Assembly (NCBI GenBank): GCA_964401135.1 | Contig: CAYNXC010000001.1 | Span: 122,778-186,777 of the forward strand | DNA: 64,000 bases | Reading direction: 5' to 3' | Origin: an uncultured Candidatus Saccharibacteria bacterium | GTDB taxonomy: Bacteria; Patescibacteriota; Minisyncoccia; Phycocordibacterales; UBA9988 | Shown here: positions 55,151-64,000 of the stretch, piece after piece | How the letters are laid out: each line of letters opens with the position of its first letter | Numbering within the stretch: the stretch's first letter is position 1 | The notes under the pieces: model-generated | What the model saw: the letters and a program-made list of their open reading frames with translations, nothing else | Databases searched by the model: none | What the model was told of the DNA's origin: nothing | Translations under genes and position numbers: made by a program

Positions 55151-55816
55151 TTATTTATTCACCCGTTCAGAAAGCTTTTTAAAACCATCCTTCGGATTTG
55201 CGATGACGATGTACTCGTAGGTGAGCAGATCCATGGGGCTAACCGTGCGTAGTTCCTCAACGCGGACGCTGGGGATATTGCGAAAGCCCCTTACCATATC
55301 TCCCTCAAGGGTCGCAGTGGTAATGAGCGCACGCTTACCGCGAGAGTAGCGCAGGCGCGGGCAGTTCACAATTTCTGCAAGCTTACCGAGGCGTTGTGAT
55401 GCCTCCTTTGTCTTTGGCGCCGAGAGTGCTGCTCCTTCTACAAAAAGAATCTCCCCATCGCGTAATTTTTGCGAGAGTACGGTGAGGAGTGCCTTGTCGC
55501 GCATTTTTTTGTTAATCTTGCGCTCGTAGTTACGCTCGTTGGTCGGCCCATGCGTCACACCACCACCCTTCCAGATAGGTGAACGAATGGAGCCGTGCCG
55601 TGCACGGCCAGTCCCCTTTTGGCGCCAAGGCTTTTTACCACCGCCACGGACTTCTCCTCGATCTTTTGCGTGTGCGGAGTTAGCGCGCGCATTACTGCGC
55701 ATAGCGGTAACCACTTGGTGTACGAGGTCCGCATTCCATGGGAGCGAAAAAAGCTCTCCCGGTACTGAGACCATGCCCGCCTTCTTGCCATCCCATGTGT
55801 ATACTTCGTGTTCCAT
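55151..55816 (-). CDS. rplD: 50S ribosomal protein L4
   Basis: RGEVRGGGKKPWRQKGTGRARHGS. Confidence 0.97.
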   Translation of the reverse strand: MEHEVYTWDGKKAGMVSVPGELFSLPWNADLVHQVVTAMRSNARANSAHAKDRGEVRGGGKKPWRQKGTGRARHGSIRSPIWKGGGVTHGPTNERNYERKINKKMRDKALLTVLSQKLRDGEILFVEGAALSAPKTKEASQRLGKLAEIVNCPRLRYSRGKRALITTATLEGDMVRGFRNIPSVRVEELRTVSPMDLLTYEYIVIANPKDGFKKLSERVNK

Positions 55817-55835
55817 ACTCGTTATTCGTCCAGCA

Positions 55836-56450
55836 CTATGCGGCGGTAACAGCAATCAGCGTCCCGCGACGTCCTGGGATTGCTCCTCCTATGTAGAGCT
55901 CACCCTTCTCGGCATCAACACGGAGTACTTTCAAATTTTTAACCGTTACCTGATCCACTCCCATACGACCCCCCATACGAATCCCCTTAAACACACGCTG
56001 TACACCAGAGGCTCCAATAGAACCTGGCTCGCGTAAGGAGTGCTTTTGTCCGTGACTGCGGCGCCCTCCGTGAAAGCCGTGCCGCTTCACCACACCTTGA
56101 AAGCCCTTCCCTTTAGAGATGCCACGGACCGTTACCGAGTCACCGGGAGTGAACTGGCTCACATCTACCGTATCGCCTACCTTTTTTTCATCACCTTCAT
56201 CTACACGGAACTCCTTAAGATTTTTAAAGAGTCCACCTGAGGCCTTGAGGTGCCCCTTGAGTTGCTTGGTTACCGACTTCTCCTTCGCCACAGTAAAGCC
56301 CACCTGAATAGCAGTGTAACCGTCCTTCTCTTTTGTGCGGACATGGGTCACGGTAACGGGACCTGCTTTGAGCACAGTTGCGCCATAGGCATTGCCGCTC
56401 TCATCAAAGAGCTCCGTCATCGCTGTCTTTGTGGCGAGTAGGTATTTCAT
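55836..56450 (-). CDS. rplC: 50S ribosomal protein L3
   Basis: DGYTAIQVG, SKGKGFQGVVKRHGF and PGSIG. Confidence 0.97.
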   Translation of the reverse strand: MKYLLATKTAMTELFDESGNAYGATVLKAGPVTVTHVRTKEKDGYTAIQVGFTVAKEKSVTKQLKGHLKASGGLFKNLKEFRVDEGDEKKVGDTVDVSQFTPGDSVTVRGISKGKGFQGVVKRHGFHGGRRSHGQKHSLREPGSIGASGVQRVFKGIRMGGRMGVDQVTVKNLKVLRVDAEKGELYIGGAIPGRRGTLIAVTAA

Positions 56451-56457
56451 AGGATAA

Positions 56458-56859
56458 CTACATCATCTTCACATCAATATGCACTCCCGATGGGAGTGAG
56501 AGGTTGGTGAGACTCTCAACAATCTTTTGGTTAGGGTTTAAGATATCTAATAGTCGTTTATGGATACGCATCTCAAACTGCTCACGCGAGTTCTTATCAA
56601 TAAAAGACGCGCGATTCACCGTGTAACGCTTGATGCCTGTAGGGATCGGCACTGGGCCGCGCACTTTTGCGTCATAGCGGAGTGCAGTATCTACAATCTG
56701 TTTGACTGAAGCGTCCAGCACCTTATTCTCGTACGCCGAGATGCGGATGCGGAGCTTCCCCAGTTCACCCTCCTTGAGCGCCACCTTAGCTACACCGGCC
56801 CGCTTGTGCGGTGTCGCGGGGCCCTTAGCTTTTGCTTTTGTCGGGGTTGTTGTGGTCAT
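56458..56859 (-). CDS. rpsJ: 30S ribosomal protein S10 (N-terminal extension)
   Basis: LRIRISAY, GPVPIPT and SREQFEMRIHKRL. Confidence 0.96.
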   Translation of the reverse strand: MTTTTPTKAKAKGPATPHKRAGVAKVALKEGELGKLRIRISAYENKVLDASVKQIVDTALRYDAKVRGPVPIPTGIKRYTVNRASFIDKNSREQFEMRIHKRLLDILNPNQKIVESLTNLSLPSGVHIDVKMM

Positions 56860-56896
56860 AGTAAGAAAGAACAAGGTGAGTACACGAGGACACTCC

Positions 56897-58090
56897 TTAT
56901 GCGGTAATCTTGATTACTGCTCCAGCACCTACTGTGTGACCACCTTCTCGGATAGCAAAGCGCTGTCTCTCTTCCAACGCAACTGGTGCAACCAGCTTCA
57001 CCTTGAAGGTCGCTGTGTCGCCCGGCATAACCATCTCTACTCCTTCAGCTAGTGTTACCTCTCCGGTAACATCAGTGGTACGGATATAGAACTGAGGCTT
57101 ATAGCCATTAAAGAACGGGGTGTGGCGCCCTCCCTCATCCTTGGTGAGAATATAAGCCTGTGCCTCAAACTCAGTATGTGGAGTAACTGATCCAGGTTTA
57201 GAGAGAACCTGCCCTCGGGTAATATCCTCCTTCTTCACACCACGCAAGAGGATACCGGCATTGTCGCCAGCCATACCTTCATCCAGCTGCTTGTTGAACA
57301 TCTCAATACCAGTCACGGTTGTCTTGACAGTGTCTTTGAGACCAACAATTTCAGCTTCATCGCCAACCTTCACCACACCGCGCTCAATACGGCCTGTTAC
57401 CACGGTGCCGCGTCCTTCAATTGAGAAGATGTCTTCAATCGGCATTAGGAATGGCTTAGAAGTATCGCGGACCGGCTCGGGGATGTATTCATCGAGTGCC
57501 TTTGCGAGTTCTAAGATTGGCTTTGCAGCCTCATCCTCGGCTGACTTTGCATCAAGCGCCTTTAGAGCAGAGCCACGGATGACTGGGGTCGCCTTGCCGT
57601 CATACTCGTACTTGGTCAAGAGGTCACGGACCTCCTCTTCAACGAGATCAACGAGCTCCTTGTCATCAACCATATCTACCTTGTTTAAGAAGACCACGAT
57701 CTTAGGAACCCCCACTTGGCGGGCAAGAATGATATGCTCACGCGTCTGAGGCATCACGCCGTCAGTTGCAGCAACCACAATAACCGCACCATCCATCTGT
57801 GCGGCGCCGGTAATCATATTCTTAATGTAGTCGGCATGGCCAGGCGCATCAATGTGTGCGTAGTGGCGAGTTGCTGTCTCGTACTCGTTATGAGAAAGTG
57901 CAATAGTAATACCACGCTCGCGCTCTTCAGGGGCGTTGTCAATCTCGTTAACTCCGCGCATCTTAACCTTATTTCCCGCGAGATTAAGGACATGCAAGAT
58001 GGCCGCGGTGAGCGTTGTCTTACCGTGGTCAACGTGTCCGATGGTGCCGACATTAACATGTGGCTTGGAACGATCAAATTTATCTGCCAT
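56897..58090 (-). CDS. tuf: elongation factor Tu
   Basis: [33 protein letters not shown] and FAIREGG. Confidence 0.98.
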   Translation of the reverse strand: MADKFDRSKPHVNVGTIGHVDHGKTTLTAAILHVLNLAGNKVKMRGVNEIDNAPEERERGITIALSHNEYETATRHYAHIDAPGHADYIKNMITGAAQMDGAVIVVAATDGVMPQTREHIILARQVGVPKIVVFLNKVDMVDDKELVDLVEEEVRDLLTKYEYDGKATPVIRGSALKALDAKSAEDEAAKPILELAKALDEYIPEPVRDTSKPFLMPIEDIFSIEGRGTVVTGRIERGVVKVGDEAEIVGLKDTVKTTVTGIEMFNKQLDEGMAGDNAGILLRGVKKEDITRGQVLSKPGSVTPHTEFEAQAYILTKDEGGRHTPFFNGYKPQFYIRTTDVTGEVTLAEGVEMVMPGDTATFKVKLVAPVALEERQRFAIREGGHTVGAGAVIKITA

Positions 58091-58279
58091 GGTGTTGTTG
58101 CTAACTAAATAATGAGTGCTAATAAGACGACTTTTTGACATCCACAATCAAATGGATACCTTTTGCACAATAAAAAGCACGCAGAATGCGTATCTAGGAT
58201 ACTAACAGAACCCCAAGGGAAGTCAACCCCGTAAAGCTAAAGGATTCGTCACGAGGTAAGCCCTCCAGGATAAGATACA

Positions 58280-58308
58280 TTGACAAATTGACAGCAATAT
58301 GCTACTAT
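58280..58308 (+). promoter_or_regulatory. sigma70 promoter in fusA-tuf spacer, opposite strand
   Basis: TTGACA-17 nt-TACTAT with an extended TG. Confidence 0.7.
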
Positions 58309-58314
58309 ATGCGA

Positions 58315-58445
58315 AGATACCGAGTACCGAGGATACGGCTTGAACATTGAACATCCCTCCGTCACTTACTAATCCTTAGTAGGTACACAATTCCCCTCTT
58401 GTAGTCCCACCACCACTTTGGCCCTCAACAATGAGGGCCTTTTTG
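58315..58445 (+). ncRNA. candidate small RNA (~130 nt)
   Basis: Bounded by the consensus promoter and the terminator ggccctca-acaa-tgagggcc-ttttt. No credible ORF, three TCCC motifs. Confidence 0.45.
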
Positions 58446-58484
58446 TTCAAAATAAAAATGACTGGAGTCGAACTTCAGTCATTT

Positions 58485-60641
58485 TTATTTGCGAGATTCA
58501 ATGATACTTGCGGCAACGCTCTGCGGTACGATTGAGTACTCCAAGAATTCCATAGTAAAGGTTGCGCGCCCTTCCGTCATTGAGCGCAGCGAGGTTACAT
58601 AGCCAAACATCTCCGAGAGAGGTGCCTTGGCACAGATCACACGGTTACCTCCGCGCTCCTCCATACCCTCAATCTGCCCGCGCTTACTGGAAAGATTGCC
58701 TGTCACATCGCCCATGAACTTCTCCGGCGTTACCACTTCCACTTTCATAATTGGCTCAAGGATCACCGGCTTCGCCTGTCGCGCGGCATCCTGCAGTGCC
58801 ATAGAGCCAGCCATCTTAAAGGCCATTTCAGACGAGTCCACCTCGTGGTAAGAGCCATCGTAAAGATCCACCGAGATATCTACCAATTCAAAACCTGCCA
58901 ACACTCCGCGGCTCATGCCTTCGCGGATGCCCTTCTCTACGGCGGGAATATACTCCTGTGGGATCACTCCTCCCTTGATGTTGTTGATAAATTCAAATCC
59001 CTGCTCACGCATCACATTCTTAGGGATCTTTGTACCTTCTTCTATCTTCTCCAAAGGCTTCACGCGGATGCGTACATGCCCGTACTGACCACGGCCACCC
59101 GACTGCTTGATGTACTTGTTCTCCACCTCGGCAGTGCCGGTGATGGTCTCGCGGTAGGCCACCTGCGGATTACCAACATTCGCCTCCACATTAAATTCGC
59201 GCTTCATCCGCTCAACAATGATGTCTAGGTGTAGCTCACCCATACCAGAGATGATGGTCTCCCCCGTCTCTTGGTCTGATTTGATTCTAAAGGTTGGATC
59301 CTCGTCCGAAAGACGCTTTAAAGCCATCCCCATCTTCTCCTGGTCTGCCTTTGTCTTGGGCTCAATGCGCAGCGAGACCACCGGCTCGGGGAACTCAATC
59401 TTCTCTAAGAGGACCGGGTGCTCGGCGTCACAGAGTGTATCGGAAGTTTTGCTATTCTTGAGTCCTACCATCGCGGCAATCTCGCCCGCGTGGACATCCT
59501 TCACATCTTCACGATGGTTAGCGTGCATACGCACGATGCGTCCAACTCGCTCTTTAGAGTTTGTTGTTGCATTGTAAATGTAGGAGCCAGCCTCAACCAC
59601 ACCCGAGTAAACACGGAAGTAAGTCAACTGGCCAACGAATGGGTCCGTCTGTACCTTGAACGCGAGGGCTGCAAAAGGCTCGTCGTCTGTCGCGTGACGG
59701 ATGATCTCCTCTCCAGTGTTCGGGTCTGTCCCTTTTACTGGAGGAATATCCAATGGTGAAGGGAGGTAGTCCACCACCGCATCAAGTACGAGTTGGACGC
59801 CCTTATTCTTGAGTGCGGAACCACAGAAGACGGGGACCAGATCATTAGCAATGCAGGCCTTGCGCAGAATTGCCTTAAGTTTGGAGAGAGAAATCTCTTC
59901 CCCACCCAAGTACTGAGTCATAGCATCGTCATCGTTCTCAACAATCTTTTCTACGAGAACATCATGATACTTTTTTGCTTCAGCGAGATACTGCTCAGGG
60001 ATCTCGTGTTCGTTGACAGCCTTCCCCTTATCGCCTTCAAAGTAGTAGGCCTTCATGGAGAGAAGATCAATCACACCCTCGTGTGCCTCACTCTCGCCAA
60101 TAGGTATCTGCATCCGTACTGCGTGTGTAGTGAGACGATCCAAAATTGTTTTGAATGAGCGCTCAAAAGAGGCACCAATACGATCCAGTTTATTTATAAA
60201 GCAGATGCGTGGAACTTTGCCCTCGTCTGCGTAACGCCAGTTGGTCTCTGACTGTGGCTCCACTCCAGCTACTCCATCAAACACCACTACTGCGCCGTCC
60301 AAGACACGGAGGCTGCGCTTTACTTCAGCAGTAAAATCGATGTGCCCTGGCGTATCAATAATATTAAAACGGTATTTAAACTGATCTGCGTCCGCCTTTG
60401 CTAAAACTTCATCGGATAAATATGTCGGGATCCACGATGCGGTTGTTGCGGCAGAGGTGATAGTAATGCCGCGCTCGCGCTCTTGCTCCATCCAGTCCAT
60501 CACCGCCTCACCCTCGTGCACCTCTCCTATTTTGTGTGAGAGGCCGGTATAAAACAAAATGCGCTCACTGGTCGTGGTCTTGCCAGCGTCAATGTGCGCA
60601 ATGATTCCAAAGTTGCGTGTCTTAGAAAGGTTTTCGCTCAT
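58485..60641 (-). CDS. fusA: elongation factor G
   Basis: [30 protein letters not shown] and QSGGRGQYG. Confidence 0.98.
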   Translation of the reverse strand: MSENLSKTRNFGIIAHIDAGKTTTSERILFYTGLSHKIGEVHEGEAVMDWMEQERERGITITSAATTASWIPTYLSDEVLAKADADQFKYRFNIIDTPGHIDFTAEVKRSLRVLDGAVVVFDGVAGVEPQSETNWRYADEGKVPRICFINKLDRIGASFERSFKTILDRLTTHAVRMQIPIGESEAHEGVIDLLSMKAYYFEGDKGKAVNEHEIPEQYLAEAKKYHDVLVEKIVENDDDAMTQYLGGEEISLSKLKAILRKACIANDLVPVFCGSALKNKGVQLVLDAVVDYLPSPLDIPPVKGTDPNTGEEIIRHATDDEPFAALAFKVQTDPFVGQLTYFRVYSGVVEAGSYIYNATTNSKERVGRIVRMHANHREDVKDVHAGEIAAMVGLKNSKTSDTLCDAEHPVLLEKIEFPEPVVSLRIEPKTKADQEKMGMALKRLSDEDPTFRIKSDQETGETIISGMGELHLDIIVERMKREFNVEANVGNPQVAYRETITGTAEVENKYIKQSGGRGQYGHVRIRVKPLEKIEEGTKIPKNVMREQGFEFINNIKGGVIPQEYIPAVEKGIREGMSRGVLAGFELVDISVDLYDGSYHEVDSSEMAFKMAGSMALQDAARQAKPVILEPIMKVEVVTPEKFMGDVTGNLSSKRGQIEGMEERGGNRVICAKAPLSEMFGYVTSLRSMTEGRATFTMEFLEYSIVPQSVAASIIESRK

Positions 60642-61121
60642 TTATTTTCGTGAAGTCCAGGCAAAGTGTGCAAAGGCGCGGTTGGCCTCCGCCATTTTGT
60701 GGACATTCTCTCTCTTTTTTACTGCCTCGCCCTGATTCTGTGATGCGGCAAGTACCTCATCGTATAATTTTTTTGCCATCGGAGCACCCTTCTTAGAGCG
60801 TGCCGCGCCGATCATCCAGCGCAAGGCAAGTGAGGTGCGGCGCTCGGGGCGTACCTCGTGTGGCACTTGGTAGTTAGCACCGCCAACGCGGCGTGAGCGG
60901 ACCTCTACTGTTGGACCAGTATTTCTAATGGCAGTCTCAAAAACTTCCAGAGGATTCTGTTTGGTCTCTGTGGCAAGTTTATCCATCACACTGTACACAA
61001 TTCTTTCTGCAACATTCTTTTTGCCGCGCTCCATCACATAGTTCACAAACTGCGAAACACGCGGGGACTTGAAGCGGTAATCTGGCGCCGGCTTATTCCG
61101 ATTTTTTACTCTCCTTCTCAT
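60642..61121 (-). CDS. rpsG: 30S ribosomal protein S7
   Basis: EVRSRRVGGANYQVP and HKMAEANRAFAH. Confidence 0.98.
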   Translation of the reverse strand: MRRRVKNRNKPAPDYRFKSPRVSQFVNYVMERGKKNVAERIVYSVMDKLATETKQNPLEVFETAIRNTGPTVEVRSRRVGGANYQVPHEVRPERRTSLALRWMIGAARSKKGAPMAKKLYDEVLAASQNQGEAVKKRENVHKMAEANRAFAHFAWTSRK

Positions 61122-61124
61122 AGA

Positions 61125-61547
61125 TTATTTTGCTGCCTTTACATTCTTTTTTGCGCCATAGAGTGAGCGAGCCTGGCGGCGCTTCTCAACTCCTCCGGCA
61201 TCCAGCACACCGCGGACGATGTGATAGCGGACACCTGGGAGGTCTTTCACGCGACCACCACGGATGAGTACTACTGAATGCTCTTGTAAATTGTGCCCTT
61301 CGCCTGGGATGTAGGCTGTCACCTCCATACCGTTAGTGAGACGGACGCGCGCAATTTTACGGAGCGCGGAGTTTGGCTTTTTTGGAGTAGTCGTCTTGAC
61401 CTGAATACAGACGCCACGCTTAAAGGGAGATGGGTAAAAGACTGGTTTATTTTTAAGCGTATTGAAACCGCGCGCGAGACCAACAGTGCGCGAGCGTTTG
61501 ACTTGCTTTTTTCTGCCATTCCTGACTAACTGATTAATTGTCGGCAT
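61125..61547 (-). CDS. rpsL: 30S ribosomal protein S12
   Basis: [19 protein letters not shown] and [12 protein letters not shown]. Confidence 0.98.
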   Translation of the reverse strand: MPTINQLVRNGRKKQVKRSRTVGLARGFNTLKNKPVFYPSPFKRGVCIQVKTTTPKKPNSALRKIARVRLTNGMEVTAYIPGEGHNLQEHSVVLIRGGRVKDLPGVRYHIVRGVLDAGGVEKRRQARSLYGAKKNVKAAK

Positions 61548-61888
61548 ACGAGCGTTACTGTACTATACACACTCAAAATGTGCAAGAGAAAGCACCTGCT
61601 AGCACGACGTGGTAGATGAATAGGAACTGCCAGAGTCATGGATGGACAGAGGAGGGCGAGACAAGGAAGACAAATCCGCAGCGTGGGAGTGTACCAAGTG
61701 TAGTCAAAGTCGCCGTTGGACAAGTACGACTGGGTGGGACGGTCACCATCATCATTAAAACTGACAACTACAATTATAATAAGACTTTCACGGCCGTGAT
61801 ACTTTTATTACTCAGCTACTCGTGTTCAACCTCCGAGGTTGAACACATGAGACATAAGAGTATTTTGATGTTGGGAGTGAGACCTCCA

Positions 61889-62500
61889 TCACTGCCCCAA
61901 AAGGAGAGTAGCGAGAGAGAGAACGATGTCCGTGAGATAAGGCCAGAGGATGAGTGCAGCAAGGAGAAATATGAACCAGTAGTGCTCTAGTGCCTCTTCC
62001 ACAAAGTGATAGCGGTAGGGCAGGAGCGAGAAGAGCACTTTAGAACCATCTAAAGGAGGCACTGGTATCATGTTAAAGCTGGCCAACACGATATTGATTA
62101 CCACAATAGAGGCCGCCCCTTGGAGGAAGGCTTCAGAGAAGGTAATCCCAAATCCCGGCATGGTCCGTACCGCAAAGGCCATGAGCACCGCAAGTGCCAC
62201 ATTAGAGAGCGGCCCTGCGAGTGCCACAATGGCGGGACCAAAGCGCTTTGCTCTCAAGTTGTAAGGGTTGTATGGCACCGGCTTTGCCCAACCGAGCATT
62301 AATCCTCCTGGCATGATCGCGAGCGCAAGCGGAACGAGAACAGACCCCACAGGGTCTAAGTGTGAGAGGGGGTTAAGTGTGAGGCGCCCGGCGTTACGCG
62401 CGGTGTCATCTCCAAGAGCACTCGCGGCATAGCCATGAGAGACTTCATGGATCACCACCGAGATAATGAGGACGACGATGAGAAAAATGGTTTCTGCCAT
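61889..62500 (-). CDS. site-2 protease (M50 family)
   Basis: IHEVSHG, AGPLSN and FNMIPVPPLDG. Confidence 0.94.
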   Translation of the reverse strand: MAETIFLIVVLIISVVIHEVSHGYAASALGDDTARNAGRLTLNPLSHLDPVGSVLVPLALAIMPGGLMLGWAKPVPYNPYNLRAKRFGPAIVALAGPLSNVALAVLMAFAVRTMPGFGITFSEAFLQGAASIVVINIVLASFNMIPVPPLDGSKVLFSLLPYRYHFVEEALEHYWFIFLLAALILWPYLTDIVLSLATLLLGQ

Positions 62501-62556
62501 AGTGTTGCAAATTGGCTTGAGTATGATACCATAACGAAACTCATCCGTGAATATAT

Positions 62557-62769
62557 ATGAAGATCTGTCCACTGTGTAAGAGGGGGAGCCAGATGGCGGG
62601 AGGCTACTCCAACCGCGTCCGCGCGACCAAATATAATCCAACCGGCAAGCGCCGTGTTTTTGTGAACCTCCAATGGGCAGCATTACCTACTGGTGGCCGT
62701 ATCAAAATCTGCACACGCTGTCTCAAGGCAAAGAAACACTTAGAGATTTCCCGTCGCTTAAAAGTATAA
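62557..62769 (+). CDS. rpmB: 50S ribosomal protein L28
   Basis: CPLC...KRRVFVNLQ...KICTRCLK. Confidence 0.88.
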   Translation: MKICPLCKRGSQMAGGYSNRVRATKYNPTGKRRVFVNLQWAALPTGGRIKICTRCLKAKKHLEISRRLKV

Positions 62770-63580
62770 TCCTCCCATCCACATCCGTACGCAGAATACG
62801 GATGTTTTGTTTTTGGAGACTCGCAAGCACCTCCTGATGTGGATGGCCATAGCGGTTCCCCTCCCCTGCCGAGATGATGGCGAGCTCCGGCTTGACTAGA
62901 GAGAGAAATCCGGGGAGTGAGGATGTCCGTGAACCATGGTGACCTAATTTCAGCGCCGTACTCTTAAGTGACATACCTCCCTCTGCCATCAGCGCGCGTT
63001 CTACACTAATAGGCGCATCACCAGTCAAGAGTACAGTCGTCGTCCCGTACGCGAGTCTACCAACAATACTCGCCTCGTTTGATTCCACATCTGCCACATC
63101 TCTATTGGGATAGAGCACGGTGAACACGGCTCCACGACTTAAGCGGATGCGCATCCCACGCCGCGCGGTGACATGGATGGACTCCTCTTCTGTAAGCGCA
63201 CGGGTGAGTGCTTTGGTCACCGTAGTCTGATGTGCATTCCCCGAGTCCACAAAGGCGCCTACTGTGTATGATTCAAATACGGGGATGAGTCCTCCAATGT
63301 GATCTGCATCAGGGTGCGTCGCAAGCACTACATCAATACTCCTGTCGTAGAGGGGCATTACAGCACCAAGCTCTCGCAAGACCTCTCTCCCCCTCCCGCC
63401 ATCAATCAACATCTGGTTCCCATTTGGCGCCTCTATATAGATGGCATCCCCTTGACCGACATCTAAAAAGGCGACGATAAGCTCCCCTTGTGATTCTCGC
63501 CATACGGCATACCATACAAGCACCGAGAGGAGCGCGAGTACTAATAGGACTCCAATTTTTAGCCATTCTATCCGTCCCAT
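62723..63580 (-). CDS. ComEC/Rec2-type metallo-beta-lactamase fold protein
   Basis: FLDVGQGDA, THPDADHIGG, LTGDA, GHHGS and NRYGHPH. Confidence 0.92.
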   Translation of the reverse strand: MGRIEWLKIGVLLVLALLSVLVWYAVWRESQGELIVAFLDVGQGDAIYIEAPNGNQMLIDGGRGREVLRELGAVMPLYDRSIDVVLATHPDADHIGGLIPVFESYTVGAFVDSGNAHQTTVTKALTRALTEEESIHVTARRGMRIRLSRGAVFTVLYPNRDVADVESNEASIVGRLAYGTTTVLLTGDAPISVERALMAEGGMSLKSTALKLGHHGSRTSSLPGFLSLVKPELAIISAGEGNRYGHPHQEVLASLQKQNIRILRTDVDGRIILLSDGKSLSVSLP

Positions 63581-63719
63581 ACCTTTATTGTAGTCCCTGT
63601 CAGGGTATATTGACAAAATATGCTAATATATACGGATATCCGCATTGAGCGGACGAACATTAAAGAGACCTGGAATAGAGAGGTGTTCCACATACCACTC
63701 AAAGATGGACTGTGTTGGT

Positions 63720-64000
63720 TTATAGTGTGTCAGGGCTTTTTCTATACCAATATATCCCAAGCACTCCATAGATGAGTGCAATGACTACCCCACTCCACGC
63801 AGGTACGGTTATAGAGGCGAAAGGTAGTTCAGAGAACAATCGCGCTAGCGTGATGAGTGTACGCAAAAGGAGTATGAGAGGAAAAGCTGAGAGGAGTGCA
63901 AATGGCACATTGACGAACGCGAGGACGCCAGTTATCGCGCCCAAGAGCATAGCAAGTGGCACAAACGGGAGCGTAAGCGGATTAACCACTAAGGCAACAC
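63720..64000 (-). CDS. comEC: ComEC competence membrane protein, C-terminal part (starts beyond window)
   Basis: NPLTLPFVPLAMLLG...FSELPFASI, directly upstream of the ComEC MBL gene. Confidence 0.75.
   Translation of the reverse strand, partial: VALVVNPLTLPFVPLAMLLGAITGVLAFVNVPFALLSAFPLILLLRTLITLARLFSELPFASITVPAWSGVVIALIYGVLGIYWYRKSPDTL

Noticed and set aside
61616-61990. 124-aa plus-strand ORF or tmRNA tag-like stretch (AAAACTGACAAC...)
   Set aside because: No recognisable motifs, it overlaps the site-2 protease gene antisense, and the putative tag frame has no timely stop or tRNA-like domain.

Overview
This window is bacterial genomic DNA read in standard code 11. Gene content and style suggest a Patescibacteria/CPR (Parcubacteria-like) genome, which is an inference. 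The core content is ribosomal protein clusters (str operon, a split S10 operon, part of spc, rpsF-ssb-rpsR, secE-nusG-rplK), five aminoacyl-tRNA synthetases, lepA, murJ, class II RNR, dut/dcd, recO, ComEC genes, three tRNAs and RNase P RNA. An accessory island of about 11.7 kb (23.7-35.4 kb) lies between rpsS and rpsR. Its main feature is a radical SAM/SPASM gene (29288-30358) followed by a 41-aa peptide that the ORF track missed (29123-29248). That peptide has a strong Shine-Dalgarno and ends in WDKGHWANRK, making it a candidate cyclophane/triceptide-type RiPP. The island also has three HExxH...E metallopeptidase-like proteins, a frameshifted Cys-rich peptide, a SET protein coupled to a sensor kinase, a PurD-like ATP-grasp protein and an EamA transporter. 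It is segmented by three direct copies of the 5' end of the SET gene. Two copies are truncated at the same TTTGCA and fused to matching sigma70 promoters, which suggests iterative cassette capture. A candidate C-rich sRNA lies between fusA and tuf, and accessory genes share a boxA-like plus strong-SD leader. All family calls come from motif recognition by eye, with no database searches.
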